NCBI RefSeq assembly: GCF_006345805.1 | Contig: NC_042997.1 | Span: forward strand, 102,238,001 to 102,302,000 | From: Octopus sinensis | Taxonomy: Eukaryota | Length of the DNA: 64,000 nucleotides | Direction: 5' to 3' | Shown: piece by piece, positions 25,195 through 38,951 of the stretch | Layout: each line of letters opens with the position of its first letter | Position numbering within the stretch: the stretch's first letter is position 1 | Notes under the pieces: generated by a model | What the model saw: the letters and a program-made list of their open reading frames with translations, nothing else | Told to the model about the DNA's origin: nothing | Database searches by the model: none | Program-made: the position numbers and the translations under genes

Positions 25195-27831
25195 TATATA
25201 TAATCAAAGTATTTTTATGAGATGATGAAATATTGTATGTTAATTACATTTTGAAGATCACTTATCTGGTATCATCAATATGTTTGATAGTCTGATCTTA
25301 TATATATATACATATATACATATATATATATATCTGTGTGTGTGTGTGTTGAAAGGAAAGTTATCTTAGATGTTGAGCTTTTATTTTTCTGTAAATTTCT
25401 TTGTAGGGAAGACATAAATGAAGTGTGAGATTTTGGCAGAGAGAGATTAGTAGCACCTAATCAAGAGAGGTGAATAAAAGATAAGTGAGATTTAGTTTAA
25501 GAAAGGACAGTATTACATGAGTATATATTTAATTTCCTCACTCATAATACATTAATCAATATGTACATGCATACTTCACACATACAAAATATATACAGAT
25601 TAACACACACACACACATACACATCATCTCCCTTACCAAACCTATTTGAAATTGTTTTTATTTTCAAAATTATGGTAGATAAATGAATTTTATGTAAGGA
25701 AAAGAATTAAAATCAAATTTTCATAGTTTCCAATAGAAGCCAATAACCATATTGAGAGTAACAAGCAACAAAACAAAATATTAATAATGAATATTTGTAA
25801 TGGAAAATACTGGATATTTGTAATGGGGGTGGGGAGACAGATGACTTTTTTAATTTGTCAAATCTAGTTAAAAATATAAGGTTATCAGCCAAAATGAGAA
25901 AACAGGGAGAAAACCCTTTCTATGAAATGTTTTGAAACTTTGAAAATCTGACTTAAAAGATTTACATTTCCTTGTTGTTTCTTTACCTTGCATACATTTC
26001 TAGATACTTTTGCTGCTTCCATAAAATAAAATAGTCAAAGGGACATACATAAAACACATGTTCATACAAAGATACACAAACACACATGAAGTATACACAT
26101 CTGTTTTAATACAGTGTGTGTAGCATTATAATTACCATATTTCACAGCTTATAAGATGCATGACCTTATATGACACACCTCAATTTTGGCAGTCTCTTTC
26201 TTGAAAAACATTTCGACGTTTTTACTTGGCTGTCATAGCCTACCCCACCCATCCAGTCATTTAAACCTCTAATATTCAGATTACTGTTAAATGTAATGCC
26301 TGTTTATTCATGGTTTTGAATTAATCATGCATTATGTTATAGCTTCAAGATTTTGATGATATGATTTGCTTACTTTTAGAATGACATTGTAATGTAGGTT
26401 TAAGATGCTAGGTGTGACAGGTTTAAACATGAAACAGGTAGAATATTTGGGGCCTGATACAGTCAGTTTAAATGCTATTGGTAGTTTGAACTCCCAGATT
26501 ATATAAAAATCTTAACTTTTCATTATTATATTTCTAGCTAAAATACATCTTCTATACGGTTCAATCAAACATTAAAATAATTATAAAACCATTTAAATTT
26601 ATTGATATATTACAAAAATCAATTGAGGAATTTTTGCCTCAAAGCTACAATTAATTACAGATAAGGACAAGTGAAATTTGAAATATAAAGTTACTAACAT
26701 TCTGTTAGTACTAAATGATATGGAATTAAATAACTTTCTAAATGACTGCTGGCTTCAAAGTAATGAAAGAGTGAGACTGGCAGTACAGAGCATCAAGTTC
26801 TGGGAACAACTAGCTACAAGTTTGCTTACATATATGGTCAGGTGTTATCATTACATTTTCTCACCAGGTGTTGTGTTATGTTATATGATATAAGTACTAT
26901 TGATATGCATTGATACCTTAGAAAATTACTAGTAACTCTGAAAAGTAAATGGGATGCTTGCACTTCATTTTACAGGGAATTGTAGCCTCTGAACTACCAT
27001 GTGCCAGTAAATCAAATACTGACTTTGTGTTCTTAAGTGACAGACTGATTTCTGGAACACATAAAAAAGCCCACCTTATAAGTCATCAAATATGATGCAC
27101 AAAAATCAACTTAGCAACTATTTGTTTAAAAGCTTTATGTGTGTGTATACACACAATAATCAGTAGGATCTTACATCCTCAACACTCAAATTATCTCAGA
27201 AAATAAATGTTTGTTCATGTTTATTTGTGGTAAATAGTAATTTTTTTTTTTTTTTTGTGGGAGGGGTGTCATAATATCCTATACATTGACCATAACTAAA
27301 ATTTACACTGAAAAAAATAGAAAAAATATAACTAACTTTTTCTTTTAATTCATTAAAAACCTAATAGGTGGCTCAAGATACCAACTTTTAACATTGTTTT
27401 CCAATTAAACTTCAAAACACATTTTAAAAATTGAAAATGGCTAGAAATGAGCACTAAAAACAAATTATAAAGTTCAGCAAAAAAAAAAAATCTATTCATT
27501 ATACATGTTGATTACTAGCTCAAATTGAGAATGTGTGAGTGTATGTTTGAAAGTACATACACACACACACACACGCAGATTGGATACAAAAATAGACATA
27601 CTCTCCTTCACATACAATGAGCAATGCTTAAATGACAAGCCAAATTTTATATATACTACATAATTATTTTTTTTTACATACTTACAAACACAGTGATGGC
27701 AGCAGTTCAAAAGTGACAGGTTTGTTTGCTAAGGAAAAGATATAACATTGGAGGAAGAATCTAAGATCATCAGGTAATGAAGGCAAGAAAGGGAATTGCA
27801 GATTATTTAAATACATAACAAAAGTGTTTTG
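23430..27831 (-). other. Candidate long 3' UTR of the p38 gene (end undetermined)
   Basis: Follows the stop codon; U-rich on the sense strand and relatively poor in interspersed repeats; several AATAAA candidates, including one near 23440-23445. The boundary is a guess. Confidence 0.3.
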
Positions 27832-27935
27832 TTAGACAACCGTTCCAGATGCTTCTGTTGCATGTTCACTAGAGGATCCACTTATATTCTTCAATTTCAG
27901 TTCATGAAACTCTTTTAATTCATCATAGATGATCT
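27832..27935 (-). CDS. MAPK14: p38 MAPK last coding exon 12 (104 bp including stop): (K)IIYDELKEFHELKLKNISGSSSEHATEASGTVV*
   Basis: Acceptor ttttacag|AG in the phase required by exon 11. IYDE aligns with the p38 L16 helix (TYDEV). Ends in TAA. Confidence 0.85.
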
Positions 27936-28124
27936 CTGTAAAAATAATGAACAATATACATTATTCACATATATGTATATATATTTATATCTGTATATAT
28001 TTGTGTATGTATATATTTATATGCATATAAATGTATATGTATAAGTATATATATATATGTGTGTGTGTATATATTTATGTGTATGTATGTATATATTTAT
28101 ATGTGTATATATGTATAAATACAG

Positions 28125-30575
28125 AGAGAGAGAGAAAGATAAGAAACAGGCTTGGAAGGACTGGAAGAACTGTGGTAGCAGGGGACTCTATCAGACTGCC
28201 AAAAGGGAAGCTAGGAGACGGGTTTATTTAGCCAGAGGGGAAGCAGATGAGAAAAAATTTGCCAATGTTCTGCGCCATGAGGACCAAAGACTTGAGGTAT
28301 TTCGTGTTGCAAGACAGTGTGTGAGAGAGAATCATGATGTTGAAAGAGAGAAATGTGTCCGCATGGATGATGGTTCACTTGCACTAAACAAGGCTGCAAA
28401 GAGAGAGGTTTGGAGATGCCACTATGAAAGGTTGCTCAATAAAGAAAATGAATGGGAGAAAGAGAGTCTGCTGAGGGACCAGCTATCCAAGTTGACAGTA
28501 CCTTGGTAGATAAAGCAATTAAGAGTATGAAGACAGGGAAAGCCCCCGGCCTATCAGGAATCACTGCAGAGATGCTCAAAATATCTGGCAGTGTCGGCTA
28601 TAGCCTAGTCACCTTTATAGTTAACCAGGTGATACACAAAGGAGTCATACCCAATGACTGGTGTAGCAGCACTATAGCCAACTGCTAGAAAGGTAAAGGT
28701 GACACTTTAGATACAAATAATTACAGAGGTATCAAGTTGTTGGATCAGGTAATGAAGGTCAAAGAGAGGGTCATAGCCCAACTAATTAGGGAGAGAATGA
28801 GTCTAGATGAGATGCAGTGTAGTTGAGTCAGGGAGAAGCACCACTGACACTATATTTCTGGTAAGACAGCTGCAGGAGAAATACATAGCCAAAGATAAAC
28901 CTCTGTATTTGGCTTTTGTTGACTTGGAGAAAGCTTTTGAGAGAGTCCTCCAATCCCTTGTCTGGTGGTCAATGCAGAAACGAGGGTTAGATAAGTGGTT
29001 GGTGAGAACTGTACAAGGCATGAACAGGGATGCTACCAGTAAGGTGAGTGTTGGCAACAAGTACAGAGAAGAATTCAAGGTACAAGTAGGGGTTCACCAA
29101 GGATGGGTCCTCAGGCCCCACTTGTTTATCATAATCCTCCAGGCAATAACAGAGGAATTCAAGACAAGCTGCCCCTGGAAGCTCCTCTATGCTGATGACC
29201 TTATTCTTATGGCTGAATCACTACCAGAACTACAGAAGAGGTTTCAGGTATGGAAACAAGGTCTAGAATCGAAGGGTCTTAAAGTTAATCTAGCAAAAAC
29301 CAAAGTCTTAGTAAGTAGGAAGGCAGACAAATCACCAATCCCTTCAGGTAGATGACCCTGCTTGATCTGTAGAAAAGGCATACGGAGAATCTCCGTAAGC
29401 TATGGACACATAAGAGGTGCAGCAATATCAGAGGAATGTTAACAGAGAAAATAGCTTTTGTGTGTGGAAGATACATAGGTACAATAAACACCGAAAATGT
29501 ACAGAAAATAGACTCCATCAACTGTCAATGGGGTAAGCTAGAGGTAGTAGATAATCCATTATCCAGGTGACCAAGTTAGTAGTGGAGGTGGATGCTCTGA
29601 GAGCATAGCTTGTGAGAATAAGATTAGGCTGGGCAAAGTTCTGAGAGTTCTACTGCTGGCAACAAAGGGCCTTTCCCTCAGAGTGAAAAGCAGATTGTAT
29701 GATGCCTGTGTGTGAATAGCTATGCAACACAGCAGTGAAACATGAGCTTTGACAGTCAAGGACATGCAGAGCATGTCCTTGAAAGAAATGAAGCCAGTAT
29801 GCTTCACTGGATGTGCAATGTCAGTGTGTATGTTTGACAAAGTGTAAGCATCTTGAAAAGGAAGTTGGGCATAAGAAGCATCAGTTGTGGTGTGCAAGAG
29901 AGATGACTGTGCTGGTATGGTCATGTGATGTATATGTATGAGGACAGCTGTGTAAAGAAGTGCCAATCTCTAACTGTGGAGGGAACCTGTGGTAGAGGTA
30001 GACCCAGGAAAACATGGGACATGGTGGTGAAGCATGATCTTTGAATTTTGAGCCTCACAGAGGTAATGACTAGTGACCAAGACCATTGGTGATATGCTGT
30101 GCTTGAGAAGACCTGTCAAGCCAAGTGAAATCGTAGTCATGGCTGATGCTGGTGTCACATAACTGGCACCCATGCCAGTAGAATGTAAAAAGCACCTTTC
30201 GAGCATTGGGCCACATGGAAGCAAAATGGCTGAAGCCAGAGGCACATGAAAAGCTCCTTTTGAGTGTTGGGCCTCACAGAGGCAATGACCAAGACCTTTG
30301 TTATTATGTCATGCTTGAGAAGAAGACCCATCAAGCCAAGTAAAATTGTAGTCATGGCAAATAATACTGGTATCACACAAATGGCACCTGTGCCAGTGGC
30401 ACATAAAAGCACTTTTTACACTCTTGGAGTGGTTGGCATTAGGAAGGGCATCTAGCCATAGAAACCATGCCAAATCAAACTGGAGTCAGGTGCAGCCTTC
30501 CAGTATGCCAGCCCAGTCAAACCATCCAAACCACGCCAGCATGGACAACACATGCTAAATGATGATGATGATGAT
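28125..30575 (+). mobile_element. RTE-clade LINE, 5'-truncated and decayed, in p38 intron 11 (antisense to the gene)
   Basis: RT motifs LYLAFVDLEKAF, VGVHQGWVL, LLYADDL and KVNLAKTKV; C-terminal RGRPRKTW; (GAT)n tail at about 30559-30575; several stops and frameshifts. Confidence 0.92.
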
Positions 30576-31122
30576 TCTGAAATCAGTGTGACAGTGTGTT
30601 ACCTTTTGAATTTGATGTACAATTCACTCAACAGGTCTCTATAAAGTTTTTGTCTACCCAATTTCACTCACAAGACATTGGTCAACACAAAGCTATAAAA
30701 AATGACATTTACCTATAAAATGTACATAATGCTAAGTCCTGGATACCAAGTTTTTCCAACCATTAAAATACTAATAACTATATTCCTATCTTTCTTCAAG
30801 AATGTGTGAATGATAGTATATTCTAGATATGGAGTTTACTTTACCCTTTCAATTGCATGATGGATTTTTTACACCACAGCAACCTATCATTAGCACTTTA
30901 ATATAATAGATATCCAAATACAGAGCATTTTTCAAGTAGTTGCTTAAAGATAATGGCACCAATAAAAATGTGAAGATAGTGAATTAACCTATGTTTGTAT
31001 TCTAATGATTAGTGTTTCAAAACCAAAGATAATTTCTAAATATCTGTTATTTATTCTTATTTTGTTATAATAATGACTAAAAAAGGGGCATGGTTATTAG
31101 AAAAAACAAAAAACTTCATTCA

Positions 31123-31551
<429 letters not shown>

Positions 31552-33175
31552 TCAATTTTAAAGCTTACCACAAACAACACTGATGTGCTGAGAGATAGTT
31601 GTCACACTGGTGAGCTATCAAGATATTAAAAGGGGGCAAACGACTGTGTATTGTGCACAAAAATTTAGAGTAGTTTGCTTCACTAAACTCCTCATGAGGA
31701 AAGCACCTTGATTACACATTTTTAGGGTGGTAAAATACTACAGTAGGGATAGTATATATTGAATATAAGTGATTAGCAAAAATGGAGCGATGGCATTATT
31801 GAGGCAGCCAGAACAGGCAACAAAATTATCTATTTAAATAAGACTCAACATGACATTTATCCTTATCAGTTTGAGACAGAAAACACAAAAATTTCAGTGT
31901 CATGTGCTGAAGTATTACCAGCGTATGACTTGTAGTCAATTCAAACTAAAAATACAAATAGTGTAGTAAAATTTCTGGTAGGTTGAAAGATAACTAGAAT
32001 ATCAGATATGACAGATGCATAAATGTTATTAGCAATAAAAACACACAAGAAAGGAAGTTCAAGAAGAAGTAATAGCTAAAATAAGAAAAAGGATGGAAAA
32101 GTTTTGGAAACAATTATCTGTTAGCAACAAGTTTTTTTACTTCAATGGTAAATGAAAACTATATAAAGCAAGTCTAAAAAATGTAATACTGCATGGTAGT
32201 GAAACATAAATATATGCTGGAGAAATATGAAACGTAATCCATTGGACAAATTAGCTTGTATGACAGGCAAAGCTAAAAGTTCTACTGATTGTTGGGCCTT
32301 TCATTGCCAACCCAATAGATTCCACCTATTGTTATGAAAGAATATGATCTATTTTAGATTACTTTTTCATATTTAAATCAAAATATTGACATAAATCCTG
32401 TAACTGCATTAATGATATGATTATAGATCAACAACTGCTTCACACCGTCTGATATTTTTAGACATGAATTTTGTGTTTACTGATTCTTTGGAAATATTTT
32501 TTACATCATTCCTAAAAAGTTTTTGTATAATGGATATTAGCTTCAATTCAATAGTAGTGACTTTCAATATAAAAGAGTTTCAAAGCAAAAAGAAACAGTC
32601 ACTATAAATTGAAATGCATCTAATATCATAACCATATGCTGGGCTGAGTTAAACATCCCTATTTTCAATAATGAAAGTAGCTCAGACAGTAATATTGGAA
32701 AGGGTGAACTCTAAAAAGTGAATAGTCATTTAGCTCCTCTACAGCAAGAAACCTATCCTGCTTTGGTCCTTTGATCACTTTAGCTCTCACTATTCCTTAT
32801 TCTCCCATTATAAAGTTGCTCCCTTAGAGGTCTTGATTTTGCAAACTGCAAGGCAACCTCACTAGTGTTGATGGCAAAACAAGAAGAAAAAAAACCCTGT
32901 ACACACTGTAAGGTAATTATCACTAAGAAGGGCATCCAGCCGTAGATACCTTGCCAAAGCAGATACTGGAGCATGATGCAGTTCTCAGATCCATTGGATC
33001 CTGTCAAACCACCCAACCTATGCCAGCGAGGAACATGGACATTAAATGCTGATAACGATAATTAGTTCACAAATATTGATAATCAGAAATAAATTCAGTC
33101 AAAAATCATGAAAATTATACAAACAAGAAGCAATGAAAGATTAGAATTAACAATAATGTAGTTGGTCTAACTTAC

Positions 33176-33254
33176 CAAGAGGATTAGCATTCTCAAAGTA
33201 TCTTTCAAAATCTTTACTTATTATGTTTGGCAATGATCTTACATATTCACGAGC
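33176..33254 (-). CDS. MAPK14: p38 MAPK exon 10 (79 bp): AREYVRSLPNIISKDFERYFENANPL(A)
   Basis: MAPK insert matching ARxYIxSL...ANPL. Acceptor tacaag| and donor G|gtaagt. Confidence 0.95.
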
Positions 33255-34783
33255 CTTGTATAATAAACAAAAACAAGTTATTAGAATCAAGTAATCAAAT
33301 TATAGAAATATACACACATTTAAACATATATTCATAGAGATGGGAGTTAAGTGATGAAAGCCAGGGGAAAGGACTTGTGTCAGTTGATTGTTAATGTTTA
33401 GCCCAGGATAGCTTTGATTAAGCAAGTCCCTAAACAACATTTCAAAAGAATTGCAATTGTGACCACCCTGTTTTTTTTTGCTTTTTTTTTTTTGGTGGGG
33501 GCATGTTGGGTCGCATTACCCAATGGATCCTTCCCTATTCAAGATACCAAGTTGTGACTCAAAGTGTGATTTGGCCTGAAATTTTCAACAGACTGAGTGA
33601 GTAGCCATATAGAGGTACCTTCATAAATTCATGTGGGCTAATGGAAATTAATAATGAATAACGGAGGTAGAGAGCTAATCTAAAGGAGACAGAATAAAGA
33701 TTTGAAGAGTTATATTCAAGGATAGTTAATAACTCTCTTTCAGATAAGAAAATCGGTTTATCATGACCATTTTGGCACAATATTTATTGAGAATAGTTTT
33801 GAGATGCTGCTATACATACTGTGCTTCAGACCTAACTTTATCTATGTATAATACATAGTGGGTAATGATGAGAAATCAAAGTATGTTAACAGGAAATCAC
33901 TATATATGAATGATATGAATGCATTTTATAAATGTTTATTGCACATAACAGGTGCATTATTAGCTGGTACTGAGACAGATTATTTTATTACCATTCCTTT
34001 TAGTAGGTCATTTTAAAATTCGTTGTTTAACTTTCAACCAGGTCTGCCCTGATCAAGTAACCCCAGGATCAAAGTATTGTCGATGTAATAGTTCACCTTT
34101 TACAACTGCATTGTATTTCTTACTTAAAACTATAAAGTGTGATTTGAAGAAGAGATGGTGGCTTTTTCTAGCAGTTTCAGTGAATGCATGTCTTCATCAA
34201 TGACACAGGAGAGAACTTATTAATCACGCACGTGTGTGTGTGTGTGCAGGTGCACACTGTACTTTCATCTACATAGACATGCTTCAATAATTTCATCACA
34301 CTTTTAATTTGCCTGCTTGACCTCACTGGTGTTTTGTAGCCAAAGCAATCCAATGAACAGAACAGTACTCTATGTACAAAAGTGCAGAAGTGTAAATGGC
34401 CTACAAAACATACAACCAGTAGCAGAATTGTTGGACAACACTTGGAATTAAATAAACTTTATGGTTTATTTAATATGGATGAATATTTTAGTCAATGTTA
34501 AGGCAATAATAAGCTGGCAAAATCATTAGCAATGCCAGGTAAAATGCTTAGTGGCATTTTATCCATCTTATAGTCTGAGTTCAAATTCAACCAAGTCGAC
34601 TTTGCCTTTCATCCTTCTGGAATCAATAAAATAGGTACTAGCTGAGCACCGGAGTTGATGTAATTGACTTACTCACTCCCCTGAAATTGCTGGCCTTGTG
34701 CCAAAATTTAAAACCAATATTTTAGTTAAGATTACCATAGATTTTTTTTAAAGTATTTTTTACAAAATTATATGAAAACTTAC

Positions 34784-34863
34784 ATCGGAACTGGAAATAT
34801 TTTCTATGAATTCTTCACTTGGCTTCCCCAACATTATCAAAATTTTATTTAATTGATCAATGT
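34784..34863 (-). CDS. MAPK14: p38 MAPK exon 9 (80 bp): IDQLNKILIMLGKPSEEFIENISSSD
   Basis: Completes the FPGxDHIDQL motif across the junction. Donor GAT|gtaagt; frame continuous. Confidence 0.95.
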
Positions 34864-35106
<243 letters not shown>

Positions 35107-36528
35107 TTACTAAAAAGTTTTAATTCAGTTGGAAATTTTTTTTATAAATTCATGTTTCAAGAAATTTTCTGTAATTTCGATTTCTGAAGTTTACTGAATA
35201 TTTGAACATGTTTTTCACAAATTTAAATATTCATTGTATTCACTGTAGAGTAGGTTTTAATGTTTAATAACAATATTATTCATTTGCAACAGTCTTTCAT
35301 GATAATTTAACATATATTCATTTCAAGTTTTAATTCGCTATTTGCAAAACATACAGTTTATTCTATATACACAATGCAAAAAAATTATTTATTGAATGAA
35401 TGAATACTATCAGACAAAATAGCTGCATAACACTGAGGCTTCACAATTTCAAGAATAATGTCGAAGAATAATGTCGGTTTCTGGAGTTTGTTAAATGAAT
35501 ATTTTTGGTAAAGTGAAATTTTTTTAATATACTGGCATAACTTTAAAAAAAAAAAAAACAAGTCATTTTGTTGGTATGGCTGTTTGGAATGCTATATTCC
35601 TTACAATAATAACTATGTGATCACTGCTGTTTCTAGCATGCTAAACGTAGTTGGTTACCTTGCAGTTTGTTTAAATTAGAAATATATTACAACTACGATA
35701 AATTACTGAAAGAAATATTTATTAAGCAAGTGAGATTTTTTTATAAATTGAAATTTTCAGGAAAATTTACTTTCTGAACTTCCTTTCATTATTGAATATT
35801 TCAAATTCGTAAGTTTAAATATTCGGTACAAGATAGCTTTTAATGAGCTTTTATTTGTATGATTTTTTCATTTCATTCATTATTTGCAATGTTCCGTCTC
35901 TTTCTCTCTCTCTCTCACACAGTCTCACTAATATAAGCACAGACTCCAGCAATAATTACATATTACATTGGACAATTTATTAAAATTTACTGAAGCTTCG
36001 AACTCATGTGACTTATTTCCTTTCCATTGTCATCTAAGAATTATCAAGTGAATTTGTTGCTATGGCTGTTTTATACACTATAGGTATTAAAATATCTATG
36101 TGATCGCTATTTTTTTGCACACTAAACATAGTTGGACTACTTTGATGTTTGTTTAAAAAAGAGAGGTTATAACTGATAAAATAATGAAAACAATATTTAC
36201 TAAGCAAGTGAGCACTATTATACAAAGAAACAATTAGGTGTAAAATATAAAAATGATTAGAATTGGGAATCAAATGTGAAAATATTATCAAGTGGCTAGC
36301 AGAAAACCACCCAGAGGGCAGTCCTCCTGTTAGTAATTATAATTATTATTATTATTATTTTTAGTTATATTACATTAGCAAGGAATTGGATATTGCAGAA
36401 AAGAAGTGCCTTGCTGGATATAATTTGTTTCTTTTGCCAAAAGGGAAGAAAACAATTTATGATCATTTTTTACATCCATTTTTCTATGCTAGCATGAACT
36501 AGACGTATATTATTGGAACAGTGTTTTA

Positions 36529-36696
<168 letters not shown>

Positions 36697-38903
36697 CTAT
36701 AAAATAACAAAACATTAAAAAAAATAAATAATAAATCAAATGATTTAACAAAGAAATGTCATGACAATAAATTATGATATTAGTTATTTTTGATTTAAAT
36801 GCGTTGTTGAAACAAGCACAATGGATGAAGATGTAAGTCAGCATGCCATTGGTTTGTTGGAATTTCATTAGAACAGTCATAAAAAAAAAAATAGAAAAAA
36901 CACATAAACATGTGAACAAATATAAAAGTCAGAATAATTATATTCTTAAATTATCATTTCTGATTTAAACATTTCAGAAACACAACAGCACATGCTTCCA
37001 TACCGGTTATGGCCTATATAAATAAAAGTTGAGAAATAGTTTATTATTATATAACATCTGTTTTTCATGCTGCATAGGTTGGAACAGTTTGACAGGCTCC
37101 AGCAAACCACAGGACTGTGTTTAGCTTTAATGTCAGCTTTGATATGGTTTCTATGTCTAGATGCTCTTCCTAACACCAATCACTTTCCAGTGGGTATTGG
37201 GTGCTTTTCTTGTGCCACTGGCACTAGCGAAGCAACCAAGTAACTTTACAAAACAGGAAAAGAGCAAGAAAAAGCTCTCCACTTGACTAAGTGGCATATT
37301 TGAGAGGCGGAGGGTGGCTTTATGCCAGGTGTCGAGAGGCTCAAGTATGATTGAAGGACAAGCACAAGTTATGTTTCAAAAGGATATATTAATGACTTTC
37401 AAGTTGAACAAGACACAACACAGTCTTAAGACATTTTAAAAATCAACTTCACTGATTTGTTGATATTTCCTTTCAAGATATAAATCAATCAGTGAAGTCA
37501 ATCGGTCTATTGATTTACCTTTGAGACTGAAATAATGCAGTGCTTTATGCAATGTCTGAGGTTCTATTTTAAAATTGCTTCAACAAAGTAGGTTCATTGT
37601 TAATTTTTATTAAAGATAACTTTAATTGAAAATGTGTTTTCAAGGTTTACTTTCTGAATCTGTAACATTCAATTATCCACAATCAAACAGTATAAAGAGA
37701 TATCATGTTTAATATTCTAGTTACCTTTCAATCTGTCAGAGATTTTATTGCACAATTTACGCACCTACTGTTTGCACAAAATACATGGTATTGAGGTTGT
37801 ACCAACTCACTGCCTACATACTGAGCAATGCATTGACTCAGGTGCCACTAGGATTTTGTGTTTTCTCTCAGTAATTTATACTTCAGATTGTGTTGATCTG
37901 TATACTTTTGAACTCTAAACTAGAATAAGAACACTCAGCCCAGAACTTTTATGTTACTGCCTCATGAACTACGATGAATAGAAGCTGTGGATAAAGCTTG
38001 GGTTAAGTGTCTACCTATACTCTAACTTCCTCACTGAACCCACTGACGAATCTCTCCTATTTTGAAACCAACACCCCTAGCCTGCCTAGGTCTCACTTGT
38101 TTCTTTAGCATCCACCAGTCTACAAAATACTGACTTGCAATTGGAAAGAAAAGCTGCTTGTTTGTACCTAAAATATCAACACTTTAGCTTCACATTCTGG
38201 GATGAACTGAAAACATGAATCATATCCTCTAACTTGACTACTATACTTTGCTACCTACTTCCAGATATCAGTTTGAGACATCAATAACTGCCCCTCTCCC
38301 AGGACAACTCATTTGTGTCTGTAGCTGTTGACAAATGTTCTGTTATACCAGTTATTGAACAAAATTGCACCAACCAATTAACTAAATAACTAACTGGTAT
38401 AGTATCTATATAGCCTGATGTAACTACCTCTGATGCTCTATTCTTGCCTTGATATGAATCACTTCTGACCAAACCTCCATTCAACATTTAACAACCACTT
38501 GTAATATTTGAGCTTTTTTTCCCTTGTCCAAGAGGACAAGCATGCAAGTGATGTTTTAGTCACACTTCTTACCAATGATAGCTTGATTTATACACAAACT
38601 GAATCTTTTTATTCACAATACTTTATGTCTCTAATATTCCTGATAAGTAAGCATTATCTAAGGTTGATTGGAAGTTTAAACAGTAGAAATCTCTTAGCTT
38701 TCTTTTGTCATATATATTTTAACATCCCTCTTCATCAACAGAGGATTACAAATCACTAAACTATGTTGATAGGTACATTCTTCAACAATAATTTGGTAAT
38801 CAATGATCTGTGTTTTCATTCCTGGTTAGATGGTTAGATAAACATTAAAATGGTTTCATGTTCATCTAGTGAGTTTAATAATAATTAATGTTTAAGTAAT
38901 TAC

Positions 38904-38951
38904 CCGAAGTTCACAGTCTTCATTTATGGCCAAATTTCCAGGTTTTAGATC
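38904..38951 (-). CDS. MAPK14: p38 MAPK exon 6 (48 bp): DLKPGNLAINEDCELR
   Basis: Catalytic DLKPxN and ED docking site. Acceptor ctttcag| and donor CGG|gtaatt. Confidence 0.97.

Noticed and set aside
33255-34783. Second mutually exclusive 80-bp exon 9, as in vertebrate p38-alpha/JNK
   Set aside because: I found no exon 9-like frame. The CCTTAAC-like motifs near 33345, 34497 and 34725 have no AG at a U12-compatible distance. This was a manual scan only.
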